Source: Botryllus schlosseri (Eukaryota). From it: a stretch of 64,000 bases of DNA. Both the position numbers and the translations under genes were made by a program. The notes under the pieces were generated by a model. That model was not told where the DNA came from. It saw only the letters and a program-made list of their open reading frames with translations, and did not search any database. Below are positions 61,601 to 64,000 of the stretch, piece by piece (position 1 is the stretch's first letter; each line of letters starts with the position of its first letter). The stretch spans positions 29,948,001-30,012,000 of the forward strand of contig CM119372.1 of the NCBI GenBank assembly GCA_051294905.1. Reading direction: 5' to 3'.

Positions 61601-63518
61601 CGACGAGGAATCGCAGATTTATGTCTTCATGGGCCGGTGACAGTATCTCAGATGGTTTGGATTGCTGTGGTATGTTCGTATTCAAGGTAGAGCGAGCATA
61701 ATACCAACCAAAAAGTTTACATTACCAAAAATATAATATTTTACTTACATACAGGGTTTACATCGCTGTCAGGAAATACCAGGCATGGCAATTTCACTCA
61801 TAGGAGAGGTAAGAATCTACACAAACTCCATTTTATACCAAAAATTACCTGGCATTATCGAAAATCCCACAAGTAAGTGGTTTATGGCAACAACTGGTTC
61901 ACGCAACTTGGGTCCCACTCCGTGATATTTTTGGCAAAAATAGCTTATTTTTGGCATTTTTCCGATTTTAGTCTTGGCAATTTTGGCATCGCCATGATTT
62001 CATATTTATAGACTCGAATTAACCATTTAAAGCGCTTCAGTTTGGTGTTTCTTATGAAACGGAAGTCACAAAACATGCAATATCCACACTGTGCCATCGA
62101 ACAGTTATATTTAAATCCGAATTGAAAACGAAATATATGGAGACCAAATTTACCCGATACAAAACCGAGTGCTTCTGCTATATCTGTTCTCAATAGTCGC
62201 TTTACTATGTGCTCATAAATAGCGGTATCATACCGCTCACAATGCTTCTGACAACAATTCAAAAGGGTTTCTGACACGCTTGGATTGCAGCCTTGACTAC
62301 CCAACCAATGGTGAAAATCATGAGTGACTTGAATAATCAAAATGATATGAAAGTTATCCACACGGCAATGAAAAACTAGGCAAGGGCTGAATGTTTTCAA
62401 GTGTTCAGTTAATTGATGTAAGTATGTTCCTATTAGAAAACGTGACACAATCTATCAGGCATTGAACAAAGAACATGCTTGCAGACGGCAGTTTTCAATT
62501 GCAAGTTAAAGGAGAATGGAATCAGATATATGCACATTGAGCTAAATACAGCGTGGTCGCGCGTGGCGGCTACATGTGTAACAAAATTCATGAGCATTGG
62601 CAACAGGAAAATGCCTAGTAATTGCGTTAAATTTAAAAATTAAGGTCCTCTATCACAGATCACGAAATATGCTGATTATTACTTTCACGTGCAGAGATCA
62701 TCTACTTCCTAATCGCTGGATTCACCAATCCACAGATTGACCGTAAATCCAGATAAATCACTGAACTTTTTTTTGCCTTTTCATTTACCTTTCATGGACC
62801 CCCGAAGGATTACGGACCCTAATTTAAGAATTTTGATACACACACTTCATACAAACTGCTGTCAATTCTTGTTGGACATTTTTACCAAAAACTTTCATAA
62901 AAACCTAAATTTTCAAAAAGCCTTATTTTTGGCATTTTCAAAATTTTATTTTTGGCAGTTTTGGCATTTGACTCCAGAAATGCTAAAAATAACACGGCCT
63001 GGGTATGATCCTACTGCGCGAGTGCGCGTAAAATCAATCACTTGGATGTATCAGAAATACTTGACCTGCCACGCGTAGTCTCCTTAGTTCTTCTTCTTTA
63101 GCCAGTGCTTTCAAATTCTTCATTAGCTCTTCCAGCGCGATTTCCTATAGAATCGACAGCAGTCAGAGGACAAAAATTCCAGCATGGTCAACATGCGCAC
63201 TTGCGTTATCGAAATATTGCTGCCTTTGAGATTTGCTTATGCCTATACCACCTAGTGCAGTCTCATTCGATAATGACGCTCACTAATTCTGGGTTTCAAT
63301 AACTCGACAGGACCTCACAGCACCGCTGAATGATTTTCACTCTCGAATACTTGATGATTTTCACATTTCCCAACACAACACATTTGATGTATAGATAAAT
63401 TACTAACGTCACAATTTCCGTACGATGTCCATCGTCCGCCAGTCAAGCTCGAGCCACATCGCTGCCCTGCAATGATTTCTTTCATTACTGAGATCATAGT
63501 GAATGCATTGATCACCAT
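58613..63518 (-). CDS. Host C-type lectin-like gene; exons 63351..63518, 63066..63144, 61133..61372, 58613..58813
   Basis: Signal peptide and Cys-rich N-terminus, coiled-coil exon, CTLD (YCF...AKKYCENNGASLANIYS...TGMTY / LSN...GALCQ) with GT-AG sites. Junctions 1 and 3 are in phase; junction 2 needs an unresolved micro-exon. Confidence 0.7.
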
Positions 63519-64000
63519 AGCAAAGCACGGTTTTGTCGAGAAAAGTATTAAGAACATTATAGATCTTTCTACAATTAACCACAGATATGGAAGTCGGGCC
63601 ATGCACGTTTGGTGTTTACGTCGGGCTCGGGCCGGGCGGAAGTACGTTTGAGCTGAAATTTGAAAAATATTTTAGGTTTCAATCAGATCGATCGGTAAGA
63701 TAATCATATCAATTGTATAATGATACACGACGTCATCGATAATGCTCATTTGCTTAACGCAATGGAAAGTCTATTCTTTTTAGTCTCTTTTCATTGATCT
63801 ACAACTACAAAATCGTTTAGTAGATGATTGTATCTTATAACGAGTGTTGATGGTACGTATGACGGGCTTGTCAGGTAGCGCTGGCTACCAGTCAACACAG
63901 GAGTATCCTTACATTGAATTTTACCTTAACTTTATAACGGTAACTGGAAGCCATGCGCACAAAATTCATTTCATATCTAATGCTCAGTAATAATAAAATA

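Noticed and set aside
61945..62448. 167-aa minus-strand ORF (also 52101..52550 and 53631..54038)
   Set aside because: These lie in repeat-derived or intronic sequence and show no protein motifs.

Overview
Eukaryotic, AT-rich, transposon-dense genomic DNA. The repeat families and lectin gene style suggest a marine invertebrate, possibly an ascidian (inference). The window has two very different halves. Left (1 to ~31.3 kb): an array of intronless, tightly packed, all-minus-strand, virus-like ORFs. From right to left these are a Merlin/IS1595-family DDE transposase, a class I viral-fusion-protein-like glycoprotein (furin site, fusion peptide, heptad repeats, TM anchor cut off by a 1-nt frameshift), a paralogous ~1131-aa mucin-stalk membrane glycoprotein, decayed ORF remnants, a small family of orphan proteins resembling the PWWP3A/MUM1 C-terminal domain, and a secreted or anchored LRR protein. 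Two of these genes can be rebuilt exactly in frame after removing three young insertions: an intact Gypsy (Mag-like) LTR retrotransposon, a palindromic Penelope-like element carrying a minimal hammerhead ribozyme, and a hAT-type MITE. Right (~31.3 to 64 kb): ordinary host sequence with nested MITEs and SINEs, a small internally deleted LTR element, an intron-containing F5/8-C (discoidin) gene, a C-type lectin-like gene and a sulfotransferase-like fragment. Main hypothesis: the left half is one end of an undescribed giant Merlin transposon or endogenous enveloped DNA virus. No capsid or polymerase gene and no second terminus are visible in this window. All homology calls come from manual motif recognition, not database searches.
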